From: Antedon mediterranea
Taxonomy: Eukaryota > Animalia > Echinodermata
DNA length: 64,000 nt
Direction: 5' to 3'
Assembly (NCBI RefSeq): GCF_964355755.1
Contig: NC_092671.1
Location: 16,306,001-16,370,000, forward strand
Shown: piece by piece, positions 25,638 through 39,766 of the stretch
Numbering within the stretch: the stretch's first letter is position 1
How the letters are laid out: each line of letters starts with the position of its first letter
The notes under the pieces: model-generated
What the model was told of the DNA's origin: nothing
Databases searched by the model: none
The model's input: the letters and a program-made list of their open reading frames with translations, nothing else
Made by a program: the position numbers and the translations under genes

Positions 25638-27113
25638 AATTAGATTAAATTGGTTGAATTGCCAAATCTAAGATTGTATAAAGCCACCAGCAGTTAATTA
25701 ATACAATTATAGAAAAGTGAAAAAAGACAAACTAACATACGGGCCCTACGAACATTTTATATTTCACTTACTCTGCCATGTTGTAAGGGCAGTGCTCGAC
25801 TTGATACCAATATAGAACTCAGTGTAATAAACAGGATAACGTCTACAGCACACCTAATCATAGTAATCACGATTTCTTTCTGAAAAAAAACCCACAAATT
25901 TAAACAGTATAATAACATTGTCATTCGATTCATTTATTCATTAAATAAGAAGAAAATCGATAAATACAAATTAAAATACTTGAAAAGATGTAAATGATCA
26001 TAACAAAATCTAAAGTTGATGACCAAAAACTTAATTACAAATTAATTTTTTTTTGCAATCTGCTGTAAGTTTATTTATATAGTTCAAAAGTTAAAACAAA
26101 AAATAAGGTGTTAGTGTTTAATTTCGTTCCTTCAGTATTTAGTTATATTGAACTGTAAAAGTTCTATTCACTGGTTTTATTTAATGGTTATATTACACGT
26201 TAGTCATTTTTATTTTGCACAACGCGAGGATGATTACGAGTTACGTGATGCCGTGTCTTGTGCATCATCTGTGACTTTCGCGGAAAATCAATCTTTTGAC
26301 TCATGCCCACATTCAACTCATAAACATTCATTTTTTTGGTATACTTACTAAACACAGGGTCTGGAGTTCAACTCATGTCTCAGCAGAGTGGTACCGGGAC
26401 GATTACTAAACCATATTGTTGCGCCTCCCATGATGCGACTAAAACCATTAGTTTAGTTTTTATCACGTGTGATTGATTGATTTTGTTTTCATGGAGAAAC
26501 GATATTTTTTTTAATTCCAGTTCAAATGCTAATAGACTGTCATACTGCTAATTTTATATTATACACACATCGCTCAATAACTAGAAATATTGATATATTT
26601 AAGTTTTAAATAACTAGTTTTAAAAAACGAACCAATCCGACCAATCAGATACATTCATCCTCCACTGGGACCTGAATTAATAATGTTTTTACTCACAAAT
26701 ATTATGCTACTTTGCAAGATAGTCTTTTGTGGTTGAGGCATGTCAAAACAGGGCTTAGTGCCGCGATTTATCCTAGGAAATGAGCTAACCGAATGTGCTT
26801 GAAAAAGCTATTGATATTCATCATCATGAGTCGATAGATTAAATAAAAAACTACAGTCCGCAGACATTAAATGACAAGTAATACAAACAAGATGAGGTGA
26901 ATTATGTAAATAAAAAATGTATAACTAATGTTAAACCTGCAAGATCTATGTATATGTATCTGATCCGTTGCATGCTATGAATAGTAACATAACCGTACAA
27001 TAATTCCCGGTTCCCGAAAACGTTGTGCTCAAAAGACCTTCTGAACGCGCAATTGATTGAAATTTTACATTGAAATTGCTCTTATCTGCTTTACGTTGTT
27101 CTTTCATGTTCGG

Positions 27114-27226
27114 AAACAAGGCTATATACAGTACATGGCTGCAGTCGCGTGCTCAAGTAAGTATTTACCGACCGACCGACCGACCAACCGACATGATCTG
27201 TAGAGTCGCGTTGCACGCGACTAAAA
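27114..27226 (-). mobile_element. Helentron-associated non-autonomous element (HINE / DINE-1-like)
   Basis: On the minus strand: ttttagtcgcgtgcaacgcgact (5' subterminal repeat forming a stem-loop), a (ggtc)n microsatellite, the 3' inverted copy cacgcgact, a short terminal hairpin region and a ...ccttgttt end. This is the DINE-1/HINE architecture. Confidence 0.8.
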
Positions 27227-28269
27227 TGTCCTTAAGTGCCTTCCGTCTATCGTCCGTGAGGTGCTATTACGCACGGTACGTGTTCAGAAAGCGACAATTT
27301 TTGGTGGACCATAATCAGTCAGACGGCTACATTGTATGGTTCCAATTGTCTTTTTTTGTCTTTTGTGAAATACAGTACACTAACCTTTATTTCCATTTCA
27401 GTAGATTTAGAAAGAAGAAATATCATTGTAAACATACTATTTTGCAAACGTTTCTTTGCAACCGAAATTACTGTTTTTTCTTATTTAACTTTTTTTTATA
27501 TATATTAATTTTCATTCTTACAAAATAGCCCCTAATAAAATAAATATGTACATCATCAATAATTATACATAAATAAAAGATTAAAATAGAAAATATAAAA
27601 TATACAACTGAGGCTGTTTGCATATTATACTGTAATATTAACATTTTAAGCGACATTTTTATAAATGTTGAATGCGAATATTTGATTTATTTTGTTATGT
27701 CTATCTAATTGGTACACTAATTTCATTTGACTTGTTTACATGTATTGACAATCACAAAGAAAGATGGGCAACAAAGATTGAATCTAATAACATTTGAAAT
27801 AGAAAATGAAATTACAAAATTAATTCATAGAATGTCGAATATAGACTGATAAAGATGGACTACATGTCATATACATTACTAAATATATTTTGAAAAAACC
27901 CAAATTTTTGAAATTCCAACAAGAAAGACATTGTTTCTTATGGCAGTAATTTTAAAGTAATATAGGTAAATACAATTTGGCAAACATAACAAAATAAGAA
28001 AATATAATGTTAAGTTTACACAATATTTTAATCATACTTTATGAAGTCATCTTGAGGCGTCAAGTAGCATTTGAAACCAAGGTAAACGCATCAACAATGA
28101 TGGTAGAGCAGCATTAGAGTTCAATACATGAGTATTATTGTATTACTCCAAGGATGTACATAAACATAATTAGTGGAGTACTTTTTTTTCCGACACGAAG
28201 CCGAGTAAAGTGCAATGCCTTTATATTATTACAGTTTAATTCATTGATATTGTAATATCAAAAGTCAAA

Positions 28270-28420
28270 TTACTGAAAAATAACAACGCTGTGGGTATCA
28301 GTGACTGAATCTGAATGAAGATAAATACAATAAGCAAACAGCTAAATCGAAACGATAAAGTAAAACGTCCAGAAAGGAAATACAGCCCTTTCGGTAACAC
28401 TAACTCTTCCTTAGTGCAAT
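28270..28420 (-). mobile_element. Penelope-like terminal-repeat fragment with decayed hammerhead core, copy 1
   Basis: Homologous to 53335-53483 (gctgtgggtatcagtg...gctaaatc.aaa.gataaagtaaaac..ccagaaa). The minus strand reads tgca-ctaagga-agagttagtgttacc-gaaa-gggc-tgta. Confidence 0.55.
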
Positions 28421-31400
28421 TTTGTCTTAGTTTTCTAAAGATATAACTTTATTGAGAAAAAAAAAACAAAATTTGGAGAATAATTGTTTATCAATATGAT
28501 ATATGATAATAATAATTTCTACAATGAAGCAATATGTTTTCCTACATTATTAACTAGTAAATAATTCGAGAATCTGATCTTTATTTTTCCTGATCATGCA
28601 ACTACTTTGAAACAAACAACGTAAGTTAATGACAAATCTTTTTTAAAAATCAACACTACAATAAGTATCACCGTAACATACTATTTCTTTAGGATTCACT
28701 GCAAAATGAAGAATGTTATGGTGAAGTAATATTTACCTCAAATATTCAGTACAGATATACTGTATGGAAATAAGACGCCTGAGCTGATTATGTACAATTT
28801 TAAAATTACAATTTTCTTTCTGTACTTATTTGTTATTTGTACTACAGTTTTATAATTCAAACCTGCTTTATATTCTATGTTGCTTAAAGCTATGCAGCAC
28901 ATGTAAAAAGGGTTTGGACACTTGTTAACAATTGAAAAACGTAACGACACGGAACATTACGAACCAAACGGTTATTGCATAATACGTACATTAGTAGATA
29001 CATGCATGGTATTTTTTGTCATCAAAGACAAACAAATTGAGATATAAAGGTTACAAAATATAAAAGAGAAACTTACCAGGTATAATATACCACGATTGAA
29101 AAAACAGTACCCGAACAACGATTATGAATTATGTGTAGTAGTTGCAATTAAATACAATAAAATATACTGAAATGTCTCCAACCAGTCCGAAAGCGTCTAG
29201 GTAAGCGGCAAGACACAATTAAGATAGATTTTCACCGCTGTCGGTATTTTAAGTCACTGAAATGATGACGTAGATGGCCTGTTGAAATGCAGATAGTCTT
29301 TGATTGTATTGATGCCTTGAAAGAATGTGTTGGTATCAACAATCACTCTCTCTCTGAAGAATACTACATGTAAGTGAAAACAATTACATTAATGCAAATC
29401 AATCTCCAGTCAACCGGAAATGAAATTCATATTTAATGATTAATCAAGTAAAAATTGAATCACGCGCACGTTTTATGTGTGTATCCCACTCGATTAAACG
29501 GAATGATGATTAAAAGAGAAGGGTTTGTACTCTGTATTATTAGAACAAATATATAATTTATAGTACGTTTTATTAACTTTAATTACTCTACGACTAAGTC
29601 GGTATGATAATAGTAGCTTTTACGTTTTGCATGATACTATAACATCAATGTTAATCCGAACGACTTAAGGTGAGGGAGATCGTGTTTCGTGTTTAGTGTC
29701 GCTCTCAGCTAGCTCATCCGATTACAGTACAACCAAGGGAAAATGGTTCGAAAGATACATTAATTACCAATGTTACAATTCAAAACAAACACTCATCAGA
29801 TAATATAAAACGATGAAAAAATGTTGTGATAACATCTGAATACTCATCAGTGTAAAACATAGTCTAAGTTCTAGTCTGGTCATGTTTCGACTTAGAATAG
29901 CAAAAAAGATAATTATTTTGGCACACATACGTACAATAACTACATATTTGGGGCTAGTCTATGTAAAACAATGTATTCAGAAATCATGCGTCGTACAATA
30001 AGGAAAAAAAAATCAAAGAGCAAAAAGAAATATAAGCATACTGATATACATATAAAAAATCATATAAAAATTAAAAGTATACAACTTTTGCCGTTTGTGG
30101 ACTTCTCTAATGTTTATTGCAATACGCCAGTTTGCCAAAATTAATTTTTTTTTCCCGTATCATTTTAATTTCAATGTTATACCCGTCTTCAATATGTTCA
30201 GACTGTCTGTATTTTGAAAAGTTTTATATACCAGAATATTTTTTTAATGGCTCAGAAGGACTGAAGAAAAAATACGCATACTTGGTCTCCGAAGTTCTTT
30301 CGCGTCTGGTGTGACTATAATGATGTGTTATTTCCATTGGCGAAAATCCATACAGAGTTGTCTATACGTATTAGGCTTCAGGCGATCTACAGAAGAGATT
30401 GAGTATAATCAGTATTGATAATTAACAACCTGCTTTGCACATATCTATCAAGTAATTATACTTGTTTTGCTAATCTAAGTTAGTCCGTAATAAGTTAAAC
30501 ATAATTTTAATTCCAATCTTTTTAAAATTCATATTACTGTAGTACATGCAAATAGTTAGGTCCATTATCTTGAATTAATCGTGTTTTTGGTCTGGCGTGG
30601 TTGTAACTGAGTAAAGTTTGTAACACACACGTGGTGTCAATATTATTGGTAAAACGAGTTTTTTTCCTATTCAAAAATGATAGAATTGATTACGATGGAC
30701 TCATAACATTTGTTTTTTTATTTAAAAAAAATATTTCACTTTAAAAGTTATATTTAATGGCCTTATTATTAAGTTATGTTAATAGAACAAAATAAACGTT
30801 TACTATTTTCAATCATTAATCTTGCTACAGTAGTCTATTTTTAGCAACATAAATACTGTTTTTGTATTCTCGATATCATCGGCATGTTGTCAAGGAATAA
30901 ACTGTCCATATAAAGAGACAGAAAAAAAGAAAAGGTATTAGGCCTAAAGAAAATGATGTTACAATTGTAAATGCGTTTTATTATATTAACTATTATTATG
31001 CGAGAATTGTCCAAGAAAAAAAAATGTTAATGTTACTCAGTTTGGTTATATAGGGTATTTATTTACAGAAATTAATTAGTTTAGTTTTAAAGAAAGAAGA
31101 TGATTCATTCTGAGTATTAGCAGAGACGGTTTAGCAAACCCTTTTAGAAGTCATCCTCTGCTTATCACGCCAAACTTGGTCATTTTTTTTCCATCAATTT
31201 ACCTTTTCAACTAAATTAAACAGTAGCAATGCGGCTAACGAGCGAAAAATCAGTTTGAAATACGTAATTTCTTTAACTTGTCGATATTGACACTCTAGGA
31301 AGTTGTTTCTTGATCAAAGGAGAAACAACTATTTAATACAATGAATCACTTACCTTACATGTTATATCAATTGCCAGACAAGAACGTATTAGAATTTTAC

Positions 31401-32933
31401 ATAATGCAACTATTAAATTACATTTGATTTACGTTTATAAGACACAATCAATTAAAGCTACCGCGTCTCTTACAAAAAAAAAGATTATATTCTCCATTTA
31501 TTCTCAATCATATCAAAGAACACCAAGGTTATTAGGTTTTATCAAAACTATAGATCGAATGAAATCAGGTGATTTACGGATATTTGAAAGTATATCATCA
31601 ATCAATGATAATAATCATCTTATTGGTTAAAGTTGCTACATTTTTCCTTTTATTTTATTGTATTGAAACTTAATTAATTCTAGCCTAGCGCATATCTAAA
31701 ATTGCTTATTAATTAGGCCTAACTATTAATTTATTATTTTACACAAAGTTCGTAACCTGATCCTGAAACAATTCAATAATGGTACCGTACAAGTGAAAAT
31801 AGTAAAACCAGACAATTTCAGTCTTCCTTGGTCAAGCTAATCGAGCTTAGCCCGATTTTACATTAAAACAAATGTATATAATAATATATGTTATAATAGC
31901 CTGGTTTTCTGTATACACGGCGCCAATGAAGAGGACATTAGGGACATCAAAAGTATAATTCGACGAATTTAACCTATTTTTTTTCAATCTGACATTGTGG
32001 CATTCCCCTTGTTAATACATATAGTGTGGATCACTAACTACTGGTGTACATTCAATTCAATTATAACAAATTAATTCCAATTTATGTATACGACTATTTT
32101 ATGAAATTAAAACTAGTACAGTAATCGTATTAGATTTTTCGAAACAGAGAAACACAATACATAAATCAATAAGAAATTGAAGATTTGATGACCTTTTCAC
32201 AAATAAGATAAGAATGTATCTCTTCTGGGCATAACATGTCTTGATTGGCCAACGTAGGACAATACAATAACTGATAATTAACGTATGTATTGATGCGATT
32301 CTGTGAATTTACTATTTTGATCATTTGATTTTATTGGAAAGAATGTTTCTCAGTGGAAAGTTCAGAAATCCAGGCTAACTGCCAACATTAATTAACAACG
32401 TTCTAATTAACAATAATTATCATTTAGATAACAACAATATTATCAAGGCCAGCAAAATCAGGTTTAATTTTCATCACACCATATAAACTGTATGTCTTAC
32501 GATATTTCCCATCCCGTGTAAAGAACCTTTCCTTTAGGAGAACCACTCCTTTAGGACAACCACTCCGTCGGGACAACCCTTATTCACAGTAGTCAGTGTC
32601 ACCCTGTTAAGTGGACATTTCCGGAGAAGAAAGAACGATGGGTAATACAAGTTTTACTGAAACACTTAAAAGATCTGAGACACTTTATCCAGGGGACAAC
32701 CCTATCAGTCCCAAAGATATCCACCTAATATGATTGCGCTGTGATGTGGTTAAACAGGTATGCAAAAAAATCAAATTTACCAGCAAATCACTACAGACGG
32801 TCTCATATATAAGATAATAAAAATGATGGTCAATTTGTCTAATATACGTCACGTATCTACGTCATGGCAGCGTGAAGCACAGGGTCGGTCAATCGGTTAA
32901 AAAATAACGTGTTAGCGAGTCTGTCATTTAATA

Positions 32934-32964
<31 letters not shown>

Positions 32965-35900
32965 CAGCGATATAATGCAAGATAGTAGGAAGGAGAAGAA
33001 GTCGTGTCAGACAAGAGTGTCCATACTGACTCTTAAAAATAGGGAGAAAAATAGTACAGTGGCAAACATTTTTTATTTACTCTCTAATATCTACCGTACT
33101 CCTTGCAGTGCAGAGGATTTCTTACCAAAAACATTACGGTCTGCTTTCTCGGAGTACAGTAACCTTTGATAAGAAATTTGGGAACCTACAAACTTAATCT
33201 ACCCAAGGAAAGTTAACATCAAACAAAGCAACGGAGAAAACACTAACATATGCTGTTATGATTAAAGTATTGGAACATTCAATCAAGTACACAACTTATA
33301 GTGTAACATTACACTTAGGCCTAAAAGTACAATAATTAGCTTCACGAAGAATGTTACAATAAGCCTAAAGATAGTTACGTGTTATTATCATAGATCCATT
33401 TTTCTTTACTATGAAAAAATATCAATTTTGTTTTTTTATTTGTTTTGATATAACGTACTTTAGTAGTATATATGACAGTAAAATCTAGGACATGACCTAT
33501 GTAACCAGGCCAACGAGTAATCACAAAATATAACGGCGTAACCATTCTATTATATAAACAGAAAACATAATCATTGCTTTACCATCAAAACAACTCCTCA
33601 TTTTTACATACTTAAACAAACTATTGAACGTTTACTTACCCTATCTCTGTAGATGCAAAATGAATAGCAGTGAAGTTTTTAGCTAAATAATTAAAATGTA
33701 TTCCTATTATTAGAATAAATGTGGTTATAATAGTCACTACTGTAATTACATCCTTAAGGAGATATTCAAGTATAATTAATTACCGTCAACTCGCCTTTTG
33801 TTCTTTTTGTATTACTATATATTATTTCTTCTAACGCAGTAAAGAAATGTATATTCCACATTATTATAAAATGTGGAAGATTTCTACATCCATTTAAAAA
33901 AAAACAATAATCTACCATAACAAAATGTATAGTCTGATAATTTGACAGATGTATTATTGCAATTTGGAAGTAACTAATTCAAGCCGTACTAAAATAACAA
34001 TTCAACAAACATAAGGAAAAAATCAATACATTTCTTAAAAGCAGCAACACAAAAGAAACCCCCTTGTACATGTAAATAAGATGGAAAGCTACCGGGAAAT
34101 TACATAATTTATAGTTTTAACTCTATGTTGAGTCAGTTTAATACAAAAGCATGTAGATTTATGTACGTTAGAAACCGCTGATTGCTGACAGTAGTGAAAT
34201 ACTACCGGTGTAGTTTATACTATCGATTACTATTGTAGTAAGTTCACTAATATGTATAAATTAAGTGATTAGATTTCTAAATGACGTAGTTTCTACGTCA
34301 TCATTTAATGTCTATTACTACTTCTGTGGCGCGACTGATACTATTCATGTTATTATACTATTGTGCTACTATAGTGTGCTACTATATTAATACTGTGCTG
34401 TGCTATACTATTAATATTGTAGTACAATTAATAGTGTGCTACTATTACGTTTTATTCTACTATGTCTATACTATTAATGATGTTACTAATACTGTTTTCG
34501 TCAAGTGACATTTGTATGCCATTATTATGTCATCTAAAATCATCGAATACTTCTGTTGCTGTAACTTAATTATTGAATTGCGACTATTATGCTACCGTCA
34601 AACCGGTGATGCTACTTAGTACAACAATTCGATAAATGGTAACATCTTTTACATTGATTTTCATTTTCTTCAAATTCTTGAAAATGATTAATATAGATCA
34701 GAACGTCGAATTCTCATCATTGATTGCATTTTTTTATTTGGAGTTACCCTTGTTTTACCCTTGTTTTACATTATTCAGTTGATTTTGTGGTAGTCTATGA
34801 TTATAATTATTGATTGGACAATCACGTGTACTTTATAATTGTGATTCGAATGAATATAAAGTGTTTCATGTTATAGATCACTTTAAACAACCCGAAATGA
34901 CAGTTGTTGACCTTAAGCAATGCTTCTCAGCTTCAACCTGATTAGATAAGTACATGATGATCCTGGGTAAGAGCGTGTCAAGTGAATTAGTATGTTCTAC
35001 TTCAAAACGTTTAACCTATCGTAAAATTGCTATCACTAATAATAATAATACTTATGTACACGCATCCATAGACACTTACTTATGACGTAAGATCAGGCCC
35101 TTCAAAGGCACACAGCAGCCTAAACCATGACCAACACATCGAACGATAACCCCATCCCGCCCCTTCTTTTCAGAGTATCTGAGTTAACCTATGCTTTAAA
35201 GGAATACCTATTCACCACCAAGAACGAAGCAGTTATGAAGAAATGTTTGTCCATCGTTAGGGATAAAAACTGTTTTCTTTTAATAAAGATGTTTGCTTCC
35301 TCGAACAGTATTGCGGTAGACACCTCTGGGACATACTCGTATTTAGGGGACATGCCAATGGGAACACTTTCTCGTAAAACGAACGAAAAGCAATATCGGT
35401 GTCACACACCAATCGCATTTTGCACGGCTGGCAGCTCAAACATTTCACCCTTTTCTAAATCATCGCCCGCCGCAACGCACACTTGTGCTCAGGTTCTTAA
35501 AGTTTAATTCTTTTACTTTTCACTTTTCAAGTTATACCCGACAATATTTTTACTTTTTTTTTAAATTTTACTTCAACACTTACTGTTCGCCGAGGGTATA
35601 GTAGGGTATTAAAGTATCTTATAAATTGATTTACAGAAATATATATTTATACATTATATTCTGACTGAGCAAGCCTGACTGCAAAATATGAGATTCATAA
35701 AACACCTATATCAAAGGGAGACTTGGTTATACATGACATGAGTTGAATTGAATTTCATTCAATAAATACGTTTCGTCTCTTGATCGAGTTCCAATGAGGC
35801 CATATCGTGAGTATTAATTATGGAGTTCGATTTATGTATACGAATATCACAAATTAGAAGACTAATTATTGTAACCATGGATTCATTGTAAAGCAAATAC

Positions 35901-37350
35901 AAATCAATTTCCCTTCATTATCTCTTTTTAAGCTAATGGAAGTTTTTCTTTTTAAATAATTAATAACACTCGGAAAATTAAATGTGAGCTAATCAGGAAT
36001 ATCAGACTACCAACTTGACTCCTCGGCAGATCATAGATTCACTGCAAATTACATAATTATTTATGATACTGGATAAATAAAGAAAATCTGAATTATGTAG
36101 AAGTATTTCATATGTTAATTGCTTTAAACAGATAACAACAATTTTGAACAACTTTCTGGTAAATAATCCGACACAAAGTCTTTAAAAAAGAATACATCAC
36201 AGATTAATTTGATTTGTTGAAAATTACTGAAATAATCCATTTTACGATTTCACATAGCCTTAAATTAATTTTAATGTTAGACCAAAACAAACTGATTAAT
36301 GTGCACGGACGCTGTTTGAATGATCGGTGTCAAAAGGGAAAACAAGTGAAAATGTTCAATGAAAAAGCTTTCAGGTTATTGTACAATCATAACACAGGTA
36401 AGCAATGCTATAATAACAAAGCTATTGAGACGGAAAGTAGTCTTATAAATTACCTAGCTATCAACACAATACCAAGTACATTAACTAATCTAAATGATTT
36501 ACTGTAAACACACCATTTTGTGTTCCGGAAGCCAATATACGGTAATGATTTAAACAAGAGAAAACAGCTACAGAAGCAAGTGTAATAAACACATTTTATT
36601 AAAGCTAATGTTTAACCCACGTGTGGATATTTATTGAGACGGGCGTGCGCATTAAGCTTAAAGTATTAGAGCCGCTTAGACGCGTACAGGCCTACGCCTT
36701 TTTGTACGAACAAGGTTCTTTGGTCAATGTTATATGGTAGTTGTTTATTGTTGGAGCAATGCAACTATTGTTATAATCGTCCATTAATTATTACTAAAAT
36801 GTATTTTTCTGTTAATTCCGTTATAAACGAGATAGTTTCTTGACATATTTTTTTTTCACTGACACTACAGTAGCATATATTGAACATTTAATTTTAAATC
36901 TATAAGTAGCACAATTTGACGTTGACAACCAGACACAAGGATCTGTCCATTGACATTAAATAACATTCAATTGCTCTTAGGCCTAAATCCAGGAAGATAT
37001 TCATCTTTTTGCATAATGTTTGTCTGCTTATTTATAAATGAGTGCAAATACTGTTTCTGCTAAAACTGCCGGGAAATGTTATGGCAAAGATTATAGCTCA
37101 TTGTGGCTTAATTGTGAAGCTTTAATATGAAAAATAATAATAATAATAATCTAGTATATTTTTATAATCTCCTTATTTCGTATGTATTTCATATGTAATT
37201 AAGATTGTTTACTTGCTTTGTATTGTGTTCTTCTTCGTTTTATGTTTGTAAATCACAGGTTTGCCCGCTGGGATTGTTGTGATTTGTTTTTATACCGAAT
37301 AAATAAAAAAAAATAAAAAAATAAAAATTAACACTTTATCTATACGATAT

Positions 37351-37475
37351 GGATTAATGGTAGGGAATCTAGATTTGAGAGACATGGGTTCGAGACCTGT
37401 ATCTGTATGTGCAGTTGTACATATACATACAGGGGTTTTTGGCGTGTGTGTCCATAATAATTATAAGCCTATCTC
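37351..37475 (+). mobile_element. Decayed tRNA-derived SINE head
   Basis: B-box ggttcgagacc at ~37387-37397, with a degenerate A-box-like ggattaatggta ~35 bp upstream. Confidence 0.4.
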
Positions 37476-39518
37476 AATTTGTTTATGTATATTAATTCTA
37501 CGATACATTAGTTACGATTCTGTATAGACCTATAACTTTCATATTATATTATGGTGCGTATATATATAACAATGGTGAATGCTAATTTTTAATACTATAT
37601 ATTCAACAGGGGCAGCCTTCACGTAATGTAAGGTATTAGATGTAATATCAATACCATACCCCCTTTATTATTATTATTACATTAGTTTTACATTATATAT
37701 TTAGTTGTTTCATTTCCATCCATTTCGGTGTTTTGTTTCCTTTGTTTTGTCCTGGACTCTGTTGACACAAAATGGACATTTGCATGACAAAGGAATTGGA
37801 AAATATTCGGAAAGAGTGTGTGGAGTGTCTCTCGGTTTGCTGATCTTGATAGGCGCTTCGCTGGTCTGCCATGAGGGTCTAATTCGAATGTTCTCAACTA
37901 TGAGACAATTGGATGAATATCTAACCCACCAATACAGATTATATTCCCATATTATGCCATACAAGTCAAAACTAATTTCTCATATGTGCTGAAATGTGGG
38001 TTTCACACAAATACTTTGATCTAATTTTTCTGACCATTCTTACACTGTACATAGTTGAGCAATTCTCTGTACAGGTACACTCTTAAATAGACCGGTATGT
38101 CCTATATAATTTCGTATTTTAATATTGTTCACTTTTGCCAAATAAATAAATAAGAAACTGTGTGTCTTTCTTTCTTCTTCACTCTGGTTTTATTTGAATA
38201 CAAAACAAATAAAGTTTCTAGTAATCAATATCAATGTATGATGGTCAATTATTCAAGCCAACACCTGGTAAATCGTTTAAGCGTTAACTTTACACATCAC
38301 TAGCAAATGACTTCGACTGGAGTTAATGAACTGTACATGACCCGTTCGATTGTGTAAATGTTTTATTATATTTCTGATTTTATAACCCGCACACGATTTA
38401 AATTTAGTGTTGACGGACAGAATTATCGAGCCGAAATTTCTCATTATGGTGTATTACAAATATAAACGCATTTAGCTCTACAATGTGTTACTCGCCAAAT
38501 GTAAATAAATAACAGATTTCTGATAGACACAATTGATTTTTACTTGCCGTAATATTAAATACATTGTTTTCTTTCGTTAAACATTCACTGGATTATATAT
38601 TTTGTATTGGTTTATGGCCATCTCAAGCTGAATCAACCACTCGGTTCCCTTAGGGAGTTGATAGTAAAGGTTAATTAAGGAGTTAAGAAGCATTGTATTC
38701 TTGTTCCTAATCAAGAAAATGAAACTACCTCCAATACAATCACGATAATCAACAAGACAAAAGACACAGACTTCCAAAGAGCTGTCTTCCTTTCTGAGGA
38801 AAATTTCAGACGAAACATCAAAATTTATAGGACATGCCTGAACGTCCGTGAGCCCGGGGGCTATCCATGGCTGGAATTGCTACACCAAGTGAATTATCAA
38901 GCATCATATTATTATAAAAAACTATAATAAAAGGCTTTTTGGTCAGAAATTAGAATTAGGCCTAAATAGTATAATAAAAATTCGTAGGTTCTGTCCGGTA
39001 TTCTCAGTATATATTTATTTTTAAAACATGGTCAATAAAATTTATATTTTGTAAAAAACACTCTAAGACATTGTTCTGTAACCCACCCATTGCTTAACAC
39101 GTAATGACATGCAGTTATATTGAGTCACCTGATATATTAAAATAATTGTCATAAAAATGCTAATATTTATGACTACCGCTTTGTCGTTATTATATCGATA
39201 TACCATAGTTGAAATAAGACCATTACGGCATTGGACACTCTTATTTATAGTGCTTAATGGTGTAGGCCTACTGACACATTGTTGGTCAGAGGAAAATGTA
39301 TAACAAAAAGTTGAGGTTGATTTAAATAATCTTAAACTAATTCAACAATACAGTAGAACTCCCATTAAGAGACCTTTGCGATCCAACAAAATGTTCCTTT
39401 ATTAAAGATGTAATCGCCGAATGTGTAGGTCGTACTGCTAAAACATAAGCCTATCGTATATTTCCTCTTGTTCCTTTTATTGTACTTACTGTATGCAAAA
39501 TTGGAATAATTTAACATG

Positions 39519-39766
39519 TTTTTTTTTGTTTGTTTTTAAACCATATTTAATGAGGCTTATCTATCCAGCTATTGCTGATCATTAGGGACCCTCAGAGGTT
39601 CACAAGACAAACATATACACAAGATGCTCTGAACAAACAAAGTCTTATTACAAGTCTTTGGGAGTGGAGAATTTGGTCCTTAGAACAAATCCTGACATGT
39701 GACGGGACTTGAACCCAGGACCCTTGGAGTGGTAGCCAAGCATCATAACCACCAAGCCACAACTCC
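39519..39766 (-). mobile_element. tRNA-derived SINE
   Basis: Minus strand ggagttgTGGCTTGGTGGttatgatgcttggctaccactccaagggtcctgGGTTCAAGTCCcgtca has Pol III A and B boxes at tRNA spacing. A non-tRNA body and an A-rich tail (39519-39540) follow, and the acceptor stem does not pair. Confidence 0.82.

Noticed and set aside
38790-38825. Hammerhead core ctgagga...cgaaac
   Set aside because: No stem II pairing and no stem I/III complementarity.
39700-39766. Functional tRNA gene
   Set aside because: A and B boxes are present, but there is no paired acceptor stem or nearby poly-T terminator, and it continues into a SINE body and tail.
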